From Candidatus Heimdallarchaeota archaeon (GTDB lineage: Archaea > Asgardarchaeota > Heimdallarchaeia > Heimdallarchaeales > Heimdallarchaeaceae), in assembly GCA_019057815.1 (NCBI GenBank), contig JAHLWR010000002.1:96001-160000 (forward strand): a stretch of DNA of 64,000 bases. The letters are read 5' to 3'. Below, piece by piece: positions 59,827-64,000 of this stretch; the first letter of the stretch is position 1, and the number at the start of each line of letters is the position of its first letter. The notes under the pieces were generated by a model, which did not search any database, was not told the origin of the DNA, and was given only the letters and a program-made list of their open reading frames with translations. A program made the position numbers and the translations under genes.

Positions 59827-59984
59827 CCGAACACCTCAAGGAATAAAATATAAACTTGTTATCATATATATGATAATTATTGTTATTTAAGTTTAATATA
59901 AAGTTATTTTTAAATGCCAGAACTTTACCAAGCAACTAGCACGACAAAGATATGGGTAATAACACAACTAGCTACTTCTTTTGG

Positions 59985-60734
59985 CTACTGAAATAGACGT
60001 TTTTCGTCGTCAAATTGCAATTCTTGAATACAAGAAATAGGAGATCGTTGGTTATATCCTTTAATAAGTACTACAGGAACCTTTTCACCTGCTTGTCCCA
60101 TTACTAGTTCAGCAGCAGAACAAATTTCATCTGCCAAACCTATTAAAGTAGTTTTCAGTGGATAACCAAAAATATCTTCTCTTCCTTGAGCATTATCAAT
60201 GACAGAAAAATTGAATGAACCAATTGCAATATTGATAGCTCCTCTTCTAAGAGCTCTTCCATGTGTATCAGAGATTAGAACAGAAATTTGTTTGTTGAAG
60301 TATTTAACAAGTAATTTACCTATTTTTTTAGCGTTTTTTGATGGAAATTCAGGTAGAACAACTGCACAATTTGGTTTGGAATTTGATTGATCAACAGCAG
60401 AATTAGCGCATATCCATCCATGATGTGTTTTGGTTATGATTATGTTATTTTGGACTTTAAGTATTCTCTCAGCTTCTTCAGTTATTAGATGAACAAGATG
60501 GGGATCTTTTCCAGTCTTTCTTGCAATTATCTCAGAAAAAGGTGATGGATCAATATTTGGGAGGAAGAATTCTAAACCTTCGGCTCTGGAGATGATAGTA
60601 TGAGCGATAACGAAAATATCTCCATTATCGATAAGATAACTTGAAGATAATACTGAATCAATTATTTGTTGACCTATGTCATCTCCTTCTTTAACAATTG
60701 GAAAAGCCAAAGGAAGAATTTCTATCTTGGTTAT
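59985..60734 (-). CDS. cofE: Coenzyme F420-0:L-glutamate ligase
   Basis: GDDIG, IISRAEG, ANSAVDQSN, ISDTHGRALRRG, GREDIFG, ADEICSAAELVMG; homology extends to ATA at 60734. Confidence 0.92.
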   Translation of the reverse strand: MTKIEILPLAFPIVKEGDDIGQQIIDSVLSSSYLIDNGDIFVIAHTIISRAEGLEFFLPNIDPSPFSEIIARKTGKDPHLVHLITEEAERILKVQNNIIITKTHHGWICANSAVDQSNSKPNCAVVLPEFPSKNAKKIGKLLVKYFNKQISVLISDTHGRALRRGAINIAIGSFNFSVIDNAQGREDIFGYPLKTTLIGLADEICSAAELVMGQAGEKVPVVLIKGYNQRSPISCIQELQFDDEKRLFQ

Positions 60735-60762
60735 TGCTCATTACCTCCTTTTCAGATATTTC

Positions 60763-61821
60763 TTAGAGTTCCAAAACTGGAAGAGGTTTAGCATTTTTCT
60801 TTTTAGATGACGAAAGTTTGTTAGCTAGTATAAGAACTTCTGACCATTTTGGCTGTTCAATCTTCTCAACATTCAGATAATTGGATTCTAAAACGCTTTG
60901 AAACAACTCTTTTCCAGCTTCAGTTCGAATGATTATGATATTAATATCATCATCTACACCTACATTTCCAACCGATATATCAGCAAATTCAGCACTGAAA
61001 TCCTTGCAATATTTACAGCCTTCAGGTTTTCCAGCATGAAATAGATTAATTTTTGCTTCCTTTATACCGTCTTTTGTTTCAAAGAAGAATTTTCCTCTTC
61101 CACAGTCAGTTTTCGTTATATTTTTGAAATCCAAACCCAACTCCCGGTTAACAATATCTCGAAAAGAATCAGGTTTATAGCTACTCATGCAAAACAATCC
61201 GATTCGATATTTTATGCTGGTATCTGTTCCAAGATATTGTTTTTTAACAAACTGTGTTAACGTTTCCATATGGCAGGGTAATCCAACTACAGCAACATTT
61301 TCTCTAAAACTGCTCTTAACCGAGTCTAGTTTTGACAACGCTGGGTTTTGCGTATATTTAGATCTAGAAGCTGATCTTATCTCTTCTTCTGTAAAAGCCA
61401 ACATCGGGAGAGGATGAGACAAATCCTTACCTCCAATTGTAACCAAAGCTCCATCTATGGAACTATTTTTGAGTGCAGAAAGTAATAAAGAAGTTACAAT
61501 ACCACCATTCTGAACATTTTTGTGGATATCATTTTTTGCAGATTTACCTATATATACTTCCAAAATTGTCCCTAAGTCATCTGAAACAGCTGGTTGTTCT
61601 AATCTTTGATTAATTCTCAAGCATATATCAACACAAGAACCACATGATATGCATCCACCAACAAGTTTTGGGCGCATTTGTTCAATTAATATTACATTCA
61701 TAGGGCAAACGGATTCGCATCCACCACAGAGAATACAATACTCAGGTTTGATAACTTCTCTATTTAGGAGTGCAAAATTAGTTCGCTTAATTTTAGCTTT
61801 TGTACCTTGCATTAAGACCAT
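60763..61821 (-). CDS. F420 hydrogenase/dehydrogenase beta subunit (FrhB family) with N-terminal 2x[4Fe-4S]
   Basis: CILCGGCESVCP, CISCGSCVDIC, QNGGIVT, SKY, VGLPC, IGLFC, GCKYCKDF, ADISVG. Confidence 0.9.
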   Translation of the reverse strand: MVLMQGTKAKIKRTNFALLNREVIKPEYCILCGGCESVCPMNVILIEQMRPKLVGGCISCGSCVDICLRINQRLEQPAVSDDLGTILEVYIGKSAKNDIHKNVQNGGIVTSLLLSALKNSSIDGALVTIGGKDLSHPLPMLAFTEEEIRSASRSKYTQNPALSKLDSVKSSFRENVAVVGLPCHMETLTQFVKKQYLGTDTSIKYRIGLFCMSSYKPDSFRDIVNRELGLDFKNITKTDCGRGKFFFETKDGIKEAKINLFHAGKPEGCKYCKDFSAEFADISVGNVGVDDDINIIIIRTEAGKELFQSVLESNYLNVEKIEQPKWSEVLILANKLSSSKKKNAKPLPVLEL

Positions 61822-61888
61822 CTACATCTTTTCAATTAAAAATGAAACGGATGCGGTACAAAAATTGGTAACGAAAAAAGAGAAAAGG

Positions 61889-63049
61889 TTAGATATCCTC
61901 TAATTCTTCTAGGATGTAACGTTTACTTTTAGGTTGCTGTTGTTTAATTTCTAATTCTCTTTCAGAAAGAATGTCTCGCTCTATTCTATCCAGTGCTACT
62001 GCAAAAGCTCCAAATAATCCATAGCCCTCTGAACGAGAAACATAAACTTTGCCTTTGTCTGTTGCTATTCTTGATCTAACCTGATAAAGTACAAATCCCC
62101 TAAATTTCTTCTTTGGTATTGCTTTTGCATGAATATAGAATTGCCCAGAATTTCCTATAAAAACCGCATATTTTTTGACTATGTCAGCACCCATTTCCAT
62201 AACTTGATTCATATCAGAATCAGCAACGTCACCAATAACTCGGATATAATAACCTTCACTTGTTGGAGGACGACTGATGGTTTCCAACAAATCACGAGTA
62301 GTGATTATACCAATTGGATGATTTTCTGTATCAACTACAACCATAGCTTTGTGATTATTTTTATAGAGTTTCTGAATCACCTCGTCAACAGAATCATCTT
62401 TGAAGCAAGTTATTACATTTTCAGACATAATTTCAGAAACATTTACTGCTAAGACATCTAATTGTGTGGCTTGTCTATCACCTAGTGTTTGCCCAGGAAA
62501 TTCAGACAACAAAATTCTAGTTAGGTCATATGGACTTACTATTCCGAGTAGTTTATTATTATAATCTACAACAGGAGTACGAGATATATTGTTTGTTCTT
62601 GAGATAGCTATTAATTTTGCTATGGTTGTATCAGAAGAGACAGATATAAGATCACGAGTCATAACATCATTAACTGTTTTATCCTCAAATATCTCCGAAG
62701 CACTGCGAATTAAATCAATGTCCTTAATAACTCCAATAACCTTACCATTTTCTTCTACAGGTACTGAGCGGATTTTAGCAGATAATATAGATCTAGCAAT
62801 TTCATCAAGACTTACATCCCTTCTAATAGTCGGAACACGGATAATAAAATTTGAAACTCTTGAATCTGGTTTAATTTTAGATTGTCGAGTTAAGTGTCTC
62901 TGAGTTAGATAACCGAGAAGAACTTCTCTTTCTTCAAAAACTAAAATTTCTCTAATTTTACCCTTGAATTTTTCAATTGCTTTAGAAATAGTTTCATCAG
63001 CATTTACAGATACAAAGTCAGAAATAATAGAAAAATCTTCATTATTCAT
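61889..63049 (-). CDS. 4xCBS protein with C-terminal HPF/RaiA-like domain (Hib-like ribosome hibernation factor)
   Basis: Four CBS repeats, then YQVRSRIATDKGKVYVSRSEGYGLFGAFAVALDRIERDI. Confidence 0.75.
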   Translation of the reverse strand: MNNEDFSIISDFVSVNADETISKAIEKFKGKIREILVFEEREVLLGYLTQRHLTRQSKIKPDSRVSNFIIRVPTIRRDVSLDEIARSILSAKIRSVPVEENGKVIGVIKDIDLIRSASEIFEDKTVNDVMTRDLISVSSDTTIAKLIAISRTNNISRTPVVDYNNKLLGIVSPYDLTRILLSEFPGQTLGDRQATQLDVLAVNVSEIMSENVITCFKDDSVDEVIQKLYKNNHKAMVVVDTENHPIGIITTRDLLETISRPPTSEGYYIRVIGDVADSDMNQVMEMGADIVKKYAVFIGNSGQFYIHAKAIPKKKFRGFVLYQVRSRIATDKGKVYVSRSEGYGLFGAFAVALDRIERDILSERELEIKQQQPKSKRYILEELEDI

Positions 63050-63216
63050 AATTAAACTTACGTTTATGGGTTTATAGATTTGTCTCTTTATACACGATTA
63101 TCACAACAAAGAGTAATTACAAAAAGATGAATTTGAGAGCGATGAAACTAAAACAATTTTACATGTAAAAATTATTGTAACAATTTCTAAAAATATATAT
63201 GAAAAGAAAAGAGAGT

Positions 63217-63804
63217 TTACTTATAGAATGCTTTTCTAAACTTCATTAAATCATGGCTGTACTGAATGGATAATCGCGCTGCATGATGAAAGAGAAGTTC
63301 TACATTATATGAAGATAAAGCAGAAGTTTCAATATAATCATAGTGATGAAGACGACAATACTCTATAATCTCTTCCCTATTGACAGCACGAGCTTCCTTA
63401 AGATCATATTTGTTTCCTGCTATAACAACTGGAATATCAGAACATTTTGATGATACTTCATTTGCCCAAGCTTCTATTTCGTCGAAGGAACTCATATTGG
63501 TAACATCATAAACTATTATTGCGCAACTAGCTCCCTCATAATATTTTGGTCTGAGATATGTAAACATCTCTTGACCACCTGTATCCCAGATTGAGAGTCT
63601 AGCTGAAATTGGGTCATTTACCAACTTCTTTGAAAGATTTTCATTCATTAGTTCGGTTGGCAAGTCAACAGTTTTTGTCAACCAACTCACTCCTAAAGTT
63701 GGTATGTAACTATGGACAAATGTATCCAATGTGAATCTTCTTGCTAGTGATGTTTTTCCAACAAATGCCGAACCAACACATATTATTTTTTGTAGTTGAT
63801 GCAC
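63217..63804 (-). CDS. Rab-like small GTPase
   Basis: GSAFVGKTS, YIPTLGV, WDTGGQ, GNKYD, ETSAL. Confidence 0.92.
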   Translation of the reverse strand: MHQLQKIICVGSAFVGKTSLARRFTLDTFVHSYIPTLGVSWLTKTVDLPTELMNENLSKKLVNDPISARLSIWDTGGQEMFTYLRPKYYEGASCAIIVYDVTNMSSFDEIEAWANEVSSKCSDIPVVIAGNKYDLKEARAVNREEIIEYCRLHHYDYIETSALSSYNVELLFHHAARLSIQYSHDLMKFRKAFYK

Positions 63805-64000
63805 TTTTTCACCGCCATGTTATTATTAAAATACTTTTAATTAAATCTAAGCTTTTGAGCCTTTGCCATTCTGTTCGAATGGCTGTTGAGAGATTGTTCA
63901 CTGCAACATGCCTATAGTTATCGATTCCTATCATTTCTATTATATATTCAACAAAGAACTGCAAAAGCTGTAAGAGCTCGTTCTTGATTTGTATTGTAAT

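Overview
AT-rich, gene-dense archaeal window, most likely from an Asgard archaeon (Heimdallarchaeia-like). This is inferred from two Rab-like small GTPases, a stand-alone divergent EF-2, archaeal F420/pterin genes, a class III signal-peptide pilin and many T-rich-linker surface proteins. No rRNA, tRNA, CRISPR array or intact transposase was recognised. The main structure is a ~22.5 kb minus-strand locus (36.4-59.0 kb) with two parallel MoxR AAA+ / DUF58 (vWA-like) / DUF4350 / DUF4129 modules, separated by an oppositely oriented thyX. Module 1 is headed by a 1059-aa transglutaminase-fold protein lacking all three catalytic residues and a 1235-aa extracellular protein with a cytoplasmic DUF4129 tail. 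Module 2 is headed by a PrsW-type intramembrane protease fused to zinc ribbons, and its DUF58 MIDAS is degenerate. Other notable items: a circularly permuted family-5 ABC solute-binding protein; a PTPS-III + MptE pterin pair; an amidohydrolase-arfC-cofG-cofH operon; cofE/frhB; a 4xCBS-HPF (Hib-like) hibernation factor; a frameshifted CopG/RHH regulator missed by the ORF track, with palindromic operators; an orphan IS200/IS605-type end that supplies a gene's stop codon; a long hairpin upstream of thyX; and tandem Asn/Cys-ladder beta-helix surface proteins. All family calls come from motif recognition by eye, not database searches.
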